A DNA stretch of 64,000 nt from Desulfobacterales bacterium (GCA_963668645.2 CAXXWC010000018.1:224001-288000); one strand, 5' to 3'. Shown: positions 19,847 to 31,410, counted from the stretch's first letter. The notes: a model not told the origin generated them from the letters alone. A program made the numbers and translations.

Positions 19847-20036
19847 GGCTGGATCCAACGTTAACCAGAAGTGCTATGTCATAACCAAGAACGGATGCTT
19901 ATCATTTTTGTTAAGTTTGTGTTCCACTTTCAGGCCACCGGTATTGATGCACTTCAGTCGCCCACAGATGCCAGGATCAGCTTTGAGGCAGCTAGTGACA
20001 CTGTGTAATCCGCAAAGTCGGGGCTATAACGACCGG

Positions 20037-20291
20037 TCAGTAGTGATATCTCAGTTGAGCAACAAGAACTGCATCCTCTGAAACCTTGTAAACGAATCTA
20101 TGTTCGTCGCTTATCCGCCTGGACCAGTAGCCGGAAAGCGCATGTTTCAGAGGTTCAGGTTTGCCGAGCCCCTCAAAGGGATTACGTTTCGTTTCTTTAA
20201 TGAGGGTGTTGATGCGGTGAAGGATTTTTTTATCCGTTTTTTGCCAATAGATGTAATCGTCCCAGGCATGGTCGGAGAAAATGAGCTTCAC
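20037..20291 (-). CDS. yoeB: Txe/YoeB family toxin
   Basis: AWDDYIYWQKTDKK, GKPEPLKH, WSRRI, RYHY C-terminus. Confidence 0.95.
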   Translation of the reverse strand: MKLIFSDHAWDDYIYWQKTDKKILHRINTLIKETKRNPFEGLGKPEPLKHALSGYWSRRISDEHRFVYKVSEDAVLVAQLRYHY

Positions 20292-20539
20292 TCCACAAGC
20301 TCCTTTTCGTTTCCCTTACCATTTTCAAGTTGGGCGATGGATTCAATCAGCCGCCTTGTATTTTTCGGTGACCGCAACAGGTATGCTGTTTCTTCAAGGG
20401 CTTCAAAGTCCTCGAGAGACATGATCACTACGGATTCCGACGATTTCCGTGTCACAATGATCGGAGCGCGGTTTTTGCAAACTTTTTCCATTGTTTTTGC
20501 AAGGTTTTGCCTCGCTGCGGTGTAGGTTATGGCTTCCAT
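20288..20539 (-). CDS. yefM: Phd/YefM antitoxin
   Basis: MEAITYTAARQNLAKTM...LEETAYLLRSPKN; GGAGG RBS. Confidence 0.95.
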   Translation of the reverse strand: MEAITYTAARQNLAKTMEKVCKNRAPIIVTRKSSESVVIMSLEDFEALEETAYLLRSPKNTRRLIESIAQLENGKGNEKELVE

Positions 20540-20551
20540 TGCGGCACCTCC

Positions 20552-20569
20552 TGTACAAGTTATTGTACA
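20552..20569. promoter_or_regulatory. yefM-yoeB autoregulatory operator
   Basis: Two TGTACA hexamers 12 bp apart, the arrangement known for yefM-yoeB operators. Confidence 0.7.
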
Positions 20570-20665
20570 TATATAGAGCCATTCGTCAACACATTTTAGG
20601 CCCAACCCCTCTCATGGAGCTGACGGGGTTGACCACGTGTCTCCACATGTGTCTCTATATGTTAT

Positions 20666-21139
20666 TCAAGCTCCAGACCCGCCCCTGACCTTGACGCCGG
20701 TCTCCCCATCTTTCCGCAGGCATTGCTGGCACAGCCCATCCAGGCGCACCTCGACGCGCTCGATCCGGCCGGCAAAGGTGCGCATCAGGTCGGTCACTTC
20801 CAATTGCAGGTCGCCGGCATGAATGCACTCCAGTTGCCCGCACTGGCGGCAGTGGAAATGGGGGTGTGAGGGGTGGTTGGCATTTGGGGCCAGTCCATAG
20901 AAGAATCGGCGTTCGCCTGCACTGAGCCGATCGACCAGTCCGTTTTGCACCAGAATATCAAGGATGCGATACACCGTCACCCGGTTGATCGGTCCTTGCC
21001 GCCGCAAAATGGCCAGGATGTCGCGGGGGCTCAGGGGCTTGTCGTTGTTGCCGATCGCTTCCAGCACGTGCACGCGGTTGGGGGTAGGGGACAGGCCGGC
21101 ATCGCGCAGCATCTTCTCGTAGTCGCAGTGGCGGCACAT
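20666..21139 (-). CDS. zur: Fur-family regulator, probably Zur
   Basis: TVYRIL, HPHFHCRQCG and C-terminal CQQC; last gene of znuACB. Confidence 0.85.
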   Translation of the reverse strand: MCRHCDYEKMLRDAGLSPTPNRVHVLEAIGNNDKPLSPRDILAILRRQGPINRVTVYRILDILVQNGLVDRLSAGERRFFYGLAPNANHPSHPHFHCRQCGQLECIHAGDLQLEVTDLMRTFAGRIERVEVRLDGLCQQCLRKDGETGVKVRGGSGA

Positions 21140-21149
21140 GGGCGCCTCC

Positions 21150-22019
21150 TTATTCGGTTGAGGCCGGCAGGGTCTGTACGTCCGGGCTATGGTTATGTGC
21201 GCCCGCGCGGCGCCGCCTGCCTATGAGCTGCGAAAGGCCCAGGGCCGTGAAAAAGCCGACCCCGGCCACCAGGATGATGGCCGCGCCCGAACTCAGGTTG
21301 AAGCGGTACGCCAGCCCCATGCCTGCCAGGGTGAAAAGGGCGCTCAGGCCGCAGGCATGGATCATCATGGTCTTGAGCGATCCGGAGAACCGTTCGGCGA
21401 TGTACGGCGGGATGGTCATCAGGGCGATGACCAGGATCAGCCCGACGATGCGGATGACCACTACCACCGTGACGGCGATGAGTGCCAACAGCAGAAAGTG
21501 CAAGGCGGTGACCGGCACCCCGCGCACGCGGGCGAATTCCTCGTCATAGGCCATGGCCAGAAGGTCCGGGTAGCACCAGCCCACCACAGCCAGCACGACG
21601 ACGGTCAGCACCGCCATCTGGACCAGTTCGGCGCCGGGAACGACCAGGATGCTGCCGAACAGGTAACTCATCAGATCGACGTTGTAACCCGGGGTCAGAT
21701 CGAGCAGAACCACCCCGACGGCCATGCCCACGGCCCAGATAACCCCAATAATGGTATCGGCCCGGTGGCGGGCCTTCAGGGTGACCGCTGCCATGATCAG
21801 GGCGGCGGTCAAGGCGAAGCCCAGGGTCCCCACCAGGTAGGGCCAGCCGCAGAAAAAGGCCAATCCGATCCCTCCGTAGGCCGCGTGGGCGATGCCGCCG
21901 GAAATGAACACGATGCGGTTGACCACCACCAGCGAGCCGATGACCCCGCAGATGACGCTGGCCATCAGGCCGGCGAGCAAGGCGTTGCGCATGAATTCGA
22001 ATTGCAGGATATCGAGCAT
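21150..22019 (-). CDS. znuB: Zn/Mn ABC transporter permease
   Basis: GGIAHAAYGG, LMSYLFGSIL, DEEFARVRGV. Confidence 0.9.
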   Translation of the reverse strand: MLDILQFEFMRNALLAGLMASVICGVIGSLVVVNRIVFISGGIAHAAYGGIGLAFFCGWPYLVGTLGFALTAALIMAAVTLKARHRADTIIGVIWAVGMAVGVVLLDLTPGYNVDLMSYLFGSILVVPGAELVQMAVLTVVVLAVVGWCYPDLLAMAYDEEFARVRGVPVTALHFLLLALIAVTVVVVIRIVGLILVIALMTIPPYIAERFSGSLKTMMIHACGLSALFTLAGMGLAYRFNLSSGAAIILVAGVGFFTALGLSQLIGRRRRAGAHNHSPDVQTLPASTE

Positions 22020-22097
22020 TGTGTTCAATGCCTTTGTAAAAATCCTGCAATTGGCCTTTGGGCACATGCAGGGATTTTTTTGCCTGTTGGAATAAAA

Positions 22098-22234
22098 TGG
22101 ATTCCGGATCGAGTCCGGAATGACGTAAAGGCGGTGTTTGGCATTTTTAAGATTTTACCAAGTTTTTAAGGGCTACGTTTTCGGGTTTCGCAACCGGCCC
22201 CAGTTCCTTCATTCCTGCGAAAGCAGAAATCCAT
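22098..22234. repeat. Pair of short REP-like palindromes between znuC and znuB
   Basis: TGGATTCCGGATCGAGTCCGGAATGAC (22098) and TTCATTCCTGCGAAAGCAGAAATCCA (22208). Confidence 0.55.
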
Positions 22235-22259
22235 GTCCATTTTCTCTTGTTCTCCCCCG

Positions 22260-23024
22260 TCAATGTGCCGGCAGCACCCGATGCGGCAGACCGTGGGCCA
22301 CCAGCTCCACCGGGCACTGGTACAGATCCAGCATTGCCCCGGTGATTTCCGGCTGGGGATGGTAGTGGACCCGCCGGTTGACGCAGGCCACCGATTTGAC
22401 ATAGCTCGAAAGGGTCATGAAGTCGTGGCTCACCAAAACGATGGTCACCGTCTGATTGAGCCGGCGCAGGTCTTCGAAAAAGTCGGTCTGCCCCTGGGGG
22501 TCGATGCTGGCGGTGGGTTCGTCCAGAAAAAGCAGCTCCGGGTCGTCCACCAGGGCCCGGGCGATAAAGACCCGCTGGCGCTGGCCGCCGGAAAGGGTTC
22601 CGACACGCCGCTGGCCCAAATCGCCCATGTTCACACGGTCCAGGGCTGCCAGGGCCGCCCGGCGGTCACGGGCCGTGAGGCGGTGCCGGCTCTGCCCCGG
22701 CCGGCGGACGCCCATCAAAACCACATCCAGGGCCGTGACCGGGAAGTCCTTGTTGACATGCACGTTCTGGGGCACGTAGCCCACCCGGCGGGTCGATTGA
22801 CGCGGCGACCGGCCGAAGATGCGGATCTCGCCGTGATCCGGGGCCAGCAGGCCGAGCATCAGCTTGAGCAGGGTCGTCTTGCCTCCGCCGTTGGGGCCGA
22901 TGAGGGCCAAGAATTCACCGGCCGCAACTTCAAAGCCCACATCCTGGAGAACCGGCTGGCCGTTGTAGGCAAAATAGACCCTGTTCAGTGAGATGACGGT
23001 GTTGTTATTGATGCTGTTCGGCAT
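22260..23024 (-). CDS. znuC: Zn/Mn ABC transporter ATPase
   Basis: GPNGGGKTT, LSGGQRQR, LDEPT; C-terminal HGLPHRVLPAH. Confidence 0.92.
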   Translation of the reverse strand: MPNSINNNTVISLNRVYFAYNGQPVLQDVGFEVAAGEFLALIGPNGGGKTTLLKLMLGLLAPDHGEIRIFGRSPRQSTRRVGYVPQNVHVNKDFPVTALDVVLMGVRRPGQSRHRLTARDRRAALAALDRVNMGDLGQRRVGTLSGGQRQRVFIARALVDDPELLFLDEPTASIDPQGQTDFFEDLRRLNQTVTIVLVSHDFMTLSSYVKSVACVNRRVHYHPQPEITGAMLDLYQCPVELVAHGLPHRVLPAH

Positions 23025-23037
23025 TGTTACCGGTTTC

Positions 23038-23187
23038 GCGAGTGTCCATCCATAAACGGCACCTTTCGGCCCCCGGCGGCGTTCTCCCTCGTCTCCAATC
23101 CTCGAAATAGCGGGCTATTGCTCCGGCTGGAAACTCGCTCGGGCCTTGCCGGAAACCAAAAATCACCATTTATGGACGGACACTCGC
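23038..23187. mobile_element. 150-bp MITE-like element with 22-bp terminal inverted repeats
   Basis: GCGAGTGTCCATCCATAAACGG ... CCATTTATGGACGGACACTCGC (20/22 match); non-coding. Confidence 0.65.
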
Positions 23188-23312
23188 TATGTTGAGATGG
23201 CTTGTCGCAAGCGCCATGGGCCGCTTACTTGGCCACAAAGACACCAGGGAGAAAATAAATGACATAAAATTTTAATGGCACCGCTCATAAATAGCGGTCC
23301 GGGTCGCGCCGG

Positions 23313-24227
23313 TTACCGTAGCGCCTCGCGGAACGCCGCCGCCTGGCGGCGCAGATTGGCAATCCAGTCCTCGGCCAGCGGATCGGCGGCCACCACCCGG
23401 CCGTCGATGGCCCGGGCAACGGTCCGGGCTGCCGTATCGGAAAACTGGGGCTGTACGAAGATGACCCGGATGTTTTTTGCCTTGGCAGCCTTAATCAGTT
23501 CGGCGAGTTGGGCCGGTTTGGGGCTTTTGCCCTCGATTTCGATGGGGATCTGTTCCAGATCGTAGGCGTCGGCGAAATAGCCCCAGGCCGGGTGAAAGAC
23601 CATGAAGGCCATGCCATGGCGATCCTGGAAGATTTCATGCAGTTCGGTGTCGAGGGTTTCGATGTCGGCCGCAAAGGCCTTGTAGTTGGCGGTGTAAATC
23701 GCGCGGCCGGCCGGATCGGCGGCGATCAGCGCATCACGGATTCTTGTCGCCTGCATCTTGACCAGGGGCGGCGACGTCCAGATGTGCGGGTCGAGGATGC
23801 CGTGATCGTGTTCCACTTCTGAATGTTGTGTTTCCTCTTCATGGTGATGCTCCCCGATGGGCCGCTTCTGGATACCCTGGTGGGTCTTAATGATCTGCAT
23901 TTTCGGATTGGCCGCGGCGATCTTGCCGAGCCAGGCCGTCTCGAAGGGGACGCCCACGGCAAAATACAACCGCGCTTGGGCCAGAGCGGCCATCTGGTTC
24001 GGTTTGGGCTCGTAAGTGGCCGGGCTGGCTCCCGGGGCCACCATGACCTGCACCGTCACCCGCGATCCGCCGACCCGTTCGACGAAATACTTCTGGGGGG
24101 CGATGCTGACAAAAGCGGTCAGGGGGGTGGCGGCTGCGGAACCCACCGCAATCAGCGCACCCACCGGGGCGATCATGGCCAGGATCAGGGCCAATCGGCT
24201 CCAAATCGATATGGGATGGCGAAACAT
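23313..24227 (-). CDS. znuA: Zn ABC transporter substrate-binding protein
   Basis: YEPKP, His/Glu-rich loop, DPHIWTSP, VFHPAWGYF. Confidence 0.92.
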   Translation of the reverse strand: MFRHPISIWSRLALILAMIAPVGALIAVGSAAATPLTAFVSIAPQKYFVERVGGSRVTVQVMVAPGASPATYEPKPNQMAALAQARLYFAVGVPFETAWLGKIAAANPKMQIIKTHQGIQKRPIGEHHHEEETQHSEVEHDHGILDPHIWTSPPLVKMQATRIRDALIAADPAGRAIYTANYKAFAADIETLDTELHEIFQDRHGMAFMVFHPAWGYFADAYDLEQIPIEIEGKSPKPAQLAELIKAAKAKNIRVIFVQPQFSDTAARTVARAIDGRVVAADPLAEDWIANLRRQAAAFREALR

Positions 24228-24324
24228 GGAAATCCTCCTTTTAAAAACAATCGGCTGTCATGCAGAAAAGCCAGTACGGTTTTTTCGGTCCAAGGGCCGG
24301 GATTACCGAGCGGCGATGGGGTTA

Positions 24325-24367
24325 GTGCAACTTTGTTGCTTATAGGGACGGGCACGGCCTTTGTCAA
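24325..24367 (-). promoter_or_regulatory. znuA promoter with adjoining Zur box
   Basis: Minus strand TTGACA-N17-TATAAG. Palindrome GCAAC-TTT-GTTGC at 24327-24339 matches the deltaproteobacterial Zur motif. Confidence 0.7.
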
Positions 24368-24470
24368 GCAGGAGGGGTGCTTTCACAAGGCCCGTCAAAA
24401 TTCTGCGATGAATTCATCGAGAGGGATTTTTTCTGTTTGGGAATTTTTGTTTCGTCGATTTTTCTGAATG

Positions 24471-24514
24471 CTGATTCCTCGTCGTGCCTCCTCTGGATGA
24501 CGCAGAAGGGGATG
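24471..24514 (-). repeat. Dispersed palindromic element copy
   Basis: Reverse complement GTCATCCAGAGGAGGCACGACGAGGAATCAG; shares the GAAGGGGATG flank with the 13681 copy. Confidence 0.65.
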
Positions 24515-24527
24515 CGCCAAGAGCCGC

Positions 24528-25805
24528 CTAGCGGCGGTGGAAGGGGTGTTCAGCCTCGCGCAACTTGATTGCAGATTTTTTCCCTCTGGCCGCGTGGATC
24601 AGGGGTGATTCTTCCAGGCGGGTGCACAGATAAAAGTTGGCCAGCGCCAAGGCCACGAAGAGCCCCATGAACGGAAGCATGCCAGCCAGGTTCATGCCCA
24701 CAATGAAAACGATGCCCGAGATCTGCCCGCTCAAGGTGAGCATCGCCTGGGACAGCGATTCGGGGGCCGGAAAGCTGATTTCCGCTCCGTATTGGAATCC
24801 GATGGGTCCCCCGGCACCCAGAAAGAAAAAGCCGAAGATGAAGGCCGAGACCAGAAGGCCGCCGTACCCGGACAGAAAGGCGAGGCCCGCCAGTCCGGGA
24901 AGCATCCCGCCCATGCCAACTACCAGGTAGGCCTTGCGTTTACGGGCACGGTCGGAAAGCGGGGGCAGGACCAGGGCTCCGGCCACTCCGGCCACGAGGA
25001 TCAGTCCCCCCAGCACCCCGGCCTGTTCCATGGAAAGCCCCTTGGCTTGGCAGATCTGGTCGATGCAGGTGCTGATGGCGTTGAACATGCCCAGACCTGC
25101 AAAAAAGAGCAGCACCAGCAGGCGCATGTTACGGTCGCGAAACATGTGGCCGATGGCCTGAAGCATTTTGAAGCGCTTTTCTTCGGACTCGAGCGAAGGC
25201 GCCGTCTTCGGCCGTTCTCGTAAGAAGACCAGCAGGGCGACGGCGCCAGCGGCCGAAAGGCCGCCGTAAAGCCGCAGGACCTGGACGATGCTGTATCCGG
25301 GGGCCTCGCTACTGCCGATCATCAATGGGGTGGCCACCATCACCGCGATGATGCCGGCAAACTGGGCCAGGGTGGCGATGCCCACCGCCGTGGCCCGTTC
25401 GCTGATGGGGAACCAGCGCACGGCGACCTTGGTGGCGGCGTTGATGATGAATGGCTGGGCCACGGCCAGCCCGATCTGGGCGGCGACCACCAGGGCATAG
25501 TCCCGGGCGAAAATTCCCTTGACCACCCCGAACAGGCCGGTGAGCGCCGCGCCGATACCGATACCGACCCGGATGCCGAAAGTATCGATGACCCACGAGG
25601 CCGGGATACAGACCACGAGAAAAACGATCATGAAGAGCATGGAAAGAAAGTCGATCTGAAGCGGCGTGGCGTCGTAGAAGATGCGCGCCTCGCGGGCGAT
25701 GGGCGCGAAGGTCAACCACTGGATCTGGATGATGGCGGTGATGATGAAAACCACCGCAAGTACGACCCAGCGGTAGGCGTAGATCCGTATCGGCGGGGTA
25801 TCCAT
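24528..25805 (-). CDS. MFS transporter
   Basis: About 12 hydrophobic segments; RWFPISERATA and LSDRARKRK motifs. Confidence 0.9.
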   Translation of the reverse strand: MDTPPIRIYAYRWVVLAVVFIITAIIQIQWLTFAPIAREARIFYDATPLQIDFLSMLFMIVFLVVCIPASWVIDTFGIRVGIGIGAALTGLFGVVKGIFARDYALVVAAQIGLAVAQPFIINAATKVAVRWFPISERATAVGIATLAQFAGIIAVMVATPLMIGSSEAPGYSIVQVLRLYGGLSAAGAVALLVFLRERPKTAPSLESEEKRFKMLQAIGHMFRDRNMRLLVLLFFAGLGMFNAISTCIDQICQAKGLSMEQAGVLGGLILVAGVAGALVLPPLSDRARKRKAYLVVGMGGMLPGLAGLAFLSGYGGLLVSAFIFGFFFLGAGGPIGFQYGAEISFPAPESLSQAMLTLSGQISGIVFIVGMNLAGMLPFMGLFVALALANFYLCTRLEESPLIHAARGKKSAIKLREAEHPFHRR

Positions 25806-25838
25806 CGTTTCGATCCTCCCTGTATCAAGCAGCGCCCG

Positions 25839-26468
25839 TCACCGGTCCGATGATGGCGGACCGGCGTCTTCGCTCCTTGCCGGCAGTGTCAACCCGCTGC
25901 GCAGCATATCGAAGATCAGCGCCACGATCTCCTCGCGATCGGCGACCCCGGCATCCCTCAGGTGAAGACTGCAGAGGCTGTCGAGCATCCCGACCACCGC
26001 CACCGCCGCCAGGTGCCGGTTCACCGGGCGCAGGTACCCTTTTTCCACCCCATCCCGGAGCTGATCGGAGACAAAGTCGACGTAGCGCCGGCGCATCCTT
26101 TCGATGTCGTCGCGCACTGCGTCGTCGATCCCGTTGGACACTTCATTGAAGACGATGCGGGCCAGATCGCTGTACTGCAGGTAGAGATCGACGTTGCACT
26201 CGATCAGCTTGTGAAAATGGACCATGAAGGGCAGATCGGAGCGCAGGTTCTCGCGGATTTTGGCGATGATCTGCTCGATTCCCTCGGTCACGGTAGCCGA
26301 AAAGAGCTTGGATTTACTCGAAAAGTTGTAATACAGCGTCCCCTTGGCAACTCCGGCGCGGGCGGCGATTTCGTCCATCCGGGCCTGGTGGAATCCTTTT
26401 TGGGAAAACACCGCCGCGGCGGCGGCAAAGATCCGCCGGCGCTTGCCGGCTTTGGCATCCGGGTTCAT
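25839..26468 (-). CDS. TetR/AcrR transcriptional regulator
   Basis: FSQKGFHQARMDEIAARAGVAKGTLYYNFSSK. Confidence 0.95.
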   Translation of the reverse strand: MNPDAKAGKRRRIFAAAAAVFSQKGFHQARMDEIAARAGVAKGTLYYNFSSKSKLFSATVTEGIEQIIAKIRENLRSDLPFMVHFHKLIECNVDLYLQYSDLARIVFNEVSNGIDDAVRDDIERMRRRYVDFVSDQLRDGVEKGYLRPVNRHLAAVAVVGMLDSLCSLHLRDAGVADREEIVALIFDMLRSGLTLPARSEDAGPPSSDR

Positions 26469-27154
26469 GGTGTCTCCTTGCGGCCGGCGGAGGCCTTTTT
26501 ACGGGCGTCCTCGCGCACGGCCTCCAGCAAGGCGGCGATCGGTTCGGGGAGTACGGTCACCTCTCCCCCTGCCGCCATGGCCCGGAGGTAGACGGCGGCG
26601 GTCTTTTCCAGCAGTTCAGCGTTGAGCCAGGCTTTTTCCAGGCTTTCGCCCAGGCAGAGGGCCCCGTGGTTTTGCAGGATGTAGGCGTGGGCGCCGCTGG
26701 TTACGGCCGCCGCGACGTGGTCGACCAATTCGGAGCTGCCCGAAAGGGCGTAGGGGATTACCGCCACAAGGGGGCCGAGGCTGAGGGCGACCTCGTCGAA
26801 GAGGGCCGGAATCGGCCGGTTGAGCAGGGCGAACACGCTGGCCTCGGGCTGGTGGGTGTGCACCACGGCACCGACGTCGGGCCGCTGGCGGTAAACCGCC
26901 AGGTGCAGCCCGGCTTCCACCGAAGGCGGGTACGGACCTTCGATGGGCTGGAGGTCGAAGTCAACGATACAGATGTCCTCGGCCGCCAGGCGGTCATAGG
27001 GACGGCTGGACGGGGTGACGGCGAAAATCGCCTGGCCGTCGATGCGCACCGACACGTTTCCTCCCGTGCCGCGCAAAGCCCCGAAGTAGCCGTGGCGGCT
27101 CAGCCATGCGGTGCATTCCAGGACCTGTTTGCGGTATCGATCATATCGGCCCAT
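26465..27154 (-). CDS. Class II aldolase/adducin family protein (FucA-like)
   Basis: GGNVSVR, PSVE, VVHTH, LQNHG. Confidence 0.9.
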   Translation of the reverse strand: MGRYDRYRKQVLECTAWLSRHGYFGALRGTGGNVSVRIDGQAIFAVTPSSRPYDRLAAEDICIVDFDLQPIEGPYPPSVEAGLHLAVYRQRPDVGAVVHTHQPEASVFALLNRPIPALFDEVALSLGPLVAVIPYALSGSSELVDHVAAAVTSGAHAYILQNHGALCLGESLEKAWLNAELLEKTAAVYLRAMAAGGEVTVLPEPIAALLEAVREDARKKASAGRKETP

Positions 27155-27175
27155 CTTTGGCCTTTCATTGGCAGT

Positions 27176-28803
27176 TCAGCGGCGGCCCAACCCTTGAAGA
27201 TCGCGGTTGAGGCGCCGGAAGAGGCCCTTGTTTTTGCGGTAAAGATCCTTGAACACGGCGAAGTTGCGATCGTAGAGGGACTTGAATTGCGGCCGGGGGG
27301 TATAGGTGCGCGCCACCGGCACCATCGACTTGGCTGCCGCAAAGCCGTCCACGCGCCCCAGCCCGACTGCGCAGACCAGGGCGGCGCCTTTGGCGCCCGC
27401 GTCCTGGGGGTTGGCCACGGTTTCGATCCGCCGGCCGGTGATGTCGGCCATGATCTGGCACCAGACCTCGGACTTGGCCCCGCCGCCGACGAAGCGCAGG
27501 GCATGGCGGTGCGGGATCTTTCTTTCGGCGGCTTCGAGGATCCAGCGCTTGTGAAAGGCCACCCCTTCGAGCACGGCGCGAATCATGAGCCGTTTGCCAC
27601 TGTCGATGCCCAGGTTGAAAAAGATGCCCCGGGCCAGGGCGTCCTCGCGCGGCGAGCGGTTCCCGTGCAGCCAGGGAGTAAAGATCAGGTTCCCCGCCCC
27701 GGGTGCGGTCTCTTCCACCACGTGGTTGAGCAGTTTGTAGAGCAGGGCCGTCTCTTCGGCCGGGCCGGCGGCCGGGGTCTGTTGGGCCAGATAGACGCCG
27801 ATTCCGTCCAGCGCCAGGTGGTCGCGCACCCACTTCAGGCAGGCCCCGGAGGTCTCCTGCTCGCCGATGTAGTTGTAACGCCCCGGCATGGCCCCGAGGA
27901 TCGAAGCCATGAAGTTGCCGATGTCCACCATGCGCCGGTCGACGTTGGCGGCCACCCACCCCGAAGTGCCCACATAGATGTGGGTGTCGTAAAGATCGAG
28001 GCATCCGGCGCCGATGCCGGTCATGGCCACATCCCCGCCCCCGCCGAAGACCGGCACGCCGGGGGCCAGACCCATCTGGGCAGCGGCAGCGCTGCTGAGC
28101 CGGCCTGCCACGTCGGTGGCTCCGATCACGGGAGGCAGATGGGCCATGTCCACGTCAAAGAGGCGGCAGAGTCCCGTGTGCCAGCCGAGACGGCCCGGCC
28201 GGGTGTCATAGACGAAGGTGACGTTAGCCGAATCGTGGGTCATGGCGCAGGACCCGGTGGCCCGCAGGATCAGGTAGTCCTTGACGTCGAGCCATTTTTC
28301 GGTACGGGCGAAGATCTGCGGTTCGTTGTCGCGCACCCAATGGTACTTCCACAGCGGATCCTTGGGCGAAGCGGCCAGCCCGCCGGTGACGCGCAGTGAG
28401 CGTAAGGTCTTGAGCGCATTCCAGCCCCCGATGCGCACGATCCCGCGGTAGAGGTGCCGGGCGATCTGGCGTGTGGCCCGGCCGTCGAGGTAGACCATCG
28501 GGTTGCGCAGGGCGCGGCCGGCCCGGTCGACGAGGATCGAGCCCTGCATCTGGCAGCAGAAGGCCATGGCGGCGATGCGCCCGGCCCCGATGCCGCTGCG
28601 CTCCAGCACGATGCGCGTCGAGCGGCAGATGGCTTCCCACCAGTCGTCGGCTTTTTGCTCGGCGCCGCCCTCGGCGGTGGTGAAAAGCGGATACTCGGCC
28701 ATGGCTGCGTCCACCCGGGTCAGGGTGTGGCCCAGCCGGTAGAGCCCGGTTTTGCTGCCGGTGGTGCCCACGTCATGGGCCAGGATATAGACCGGCACCG
28801 CAC

Positions 28804-28807
<4 letters not shown>
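27176..28807 (-). CDS. FGGY-family carbohydrate kinase (xylulokinase-like)
   Basis: HDVGTTGSKT, GGGD, RAVLEGVA, VGGGAKS. Confidence 0.92.
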
Positions 28808-30254
<1,447 letters not shown>

Positions 30255-30300
30255 GAGCGACCTCCTCGGGATGGCAAGGGCTGTGTACGGGGCGGGGGAT

Positions 30301-30364
30301 TTGACCGATGAGTACAAAAACCGCGGCAGGGCTGTCAAGGTAAAACTGACCGGTCGGTACAAAA
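30301..30364 (-). promoter_or_regulatory. Two putative TetR operators flanking a -35 box
   Basis: TGACCGATGAGTACAAAA and TGACCGGTCGGTACAAAA either side of minus-strand TTGACA (30333-30338). Confidence 0.6.
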
Positions 30365-30621
30365 CTTACTACAAGCGGCGGCCAGAGCGCCAGTTGCCGA
30401 TCACCGGATTTCTATCCGGTCGCAGAGCAGCGAAGATGGGATGTCTTTGCCGGAATGCCGGGCGGTCCGGCCTGCGGCGGGGCTGTCGGGCCGGCACGGG
30501 GATATTAACCTGTGCCGGCCGTCCCGTGGCGGTCAATGCCGCCGGGCGCCTGCGCCGGACGGTCCGGTACACAGGCCCGGTTTTGTGGCCGGATGCCTGA
30601 ATACTCCTTTGGCGCGGGTTC

Positions 30622-31140
30622 TTAGCCGTTGGCCTGCATTGCCGGTACGGTATACTGGTTCATGACCCATCCATAGCCATTTTCCGGGGTGCGCACGTAG
30701 TACCAGCCCGGAACACTGCCGTAGACCGAAAGCGGCGTTCCAGCGGCGAGCTGGTGCATGGAAGGGTCGGTGAGGCTCGGTCCTGAACGCAGATTGAGCA
30801 GGGCAGCCGTTACCACCACCGTGCTTGTAACGGCAATGCGATTTGGCCCCGCGGCAACGGAGGGCGCGCTCATGACCACCACTGGTGTGTTTGCAGGCGG
30901 GGGAGGAGCGCTGGGGGCGTTGTTGATTGCGCTCAAGGTCATCCCGGCGAGCACGACCGTGGTCAGAATTGCCGGCAGCAGCAGCCAGCCGTCGCCTCCG
31001 TGGACATGGTGGTGCCCGCCGCCGTGAAACGGTCTCGGAGGTCTGCAGAAGGCCGGGGTGGAGAAAACGGTCAGGGAAAATACCAGGGCGACCAGCGCCG
31101 TTGTGATCCTTTTGGATGTATTGCGAGTCAATATGGTCAT
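30622..31140 (-). CDS. Exported SH3b-domain protein
   Basis: Signal peptide, His/Gly-rich segment, LNLRSGPS...GWYYVRT...GWV. Confidence 0.8.
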   Translation of the reverse strand: MTILTRNTSKRITTALVALVFSLTVFSTPAFCRPPRPFHGGGHHHVHGGDGWLLLPAILTTVVLAGMTLSAINNAPSAPPPPANTPVVVMSAPSVAAGPNRIAVTSTVVVTAALLNLRSGPSLTDPSMHQLAAGTPLSVYGSVPGWYYVRTPENGYGWVMNQYTVPAMQANG

Positions 31141-31370
31141 GGCAACCTCCTGAATGTATCATGGGCATCCATTTGCTGTGGAGCATGATTATCCATAGAG
31201 TCGTTGGGCCGCCTCGAACGGTTACACCCTGGGTTCGGGGAGTATCCTGGAAAACACCGGCAACCCGGGCCTGCAGGGAGGCCGATATGAGGCTCAACTT
31301 TACTGGAGATCTCTTTGAAGCGCAACACAGTGGAACGCAATGCCTTTTTGCCGCCGCGGCCTCGGAAAAC

Positions 31371-31398
31371 TTGACGTAACTGACGGTTCGGGTATAAA
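31371..31398 (+). promoter_or_regulatory. Putative sigma70 promoter of the btu leader
   Basis: TTGACG-N16-TATAAA immediately upstream of riboswitch 1. Confidence 0.45.
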
Positions 31399-31410
31399 AG
31401 GAGCCAAAAT

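Noticed and set aside
20024..20630. attC-like half sites around yefM-yoeB (CTATAAC at 20024; GCCCAAC...GGAGCTGACG at 20600)
   Set aside because: No complementary right arm or GTTRRRY end and no integron integrase. At most a decayed remnant.
30457..30570. GC-rich nested hairpins downstream of the SH3b gene as an ncRNA
   Set aside because: Pairing is expected at this GC content and no family motif is recognisable. It may simply be a terminator region.
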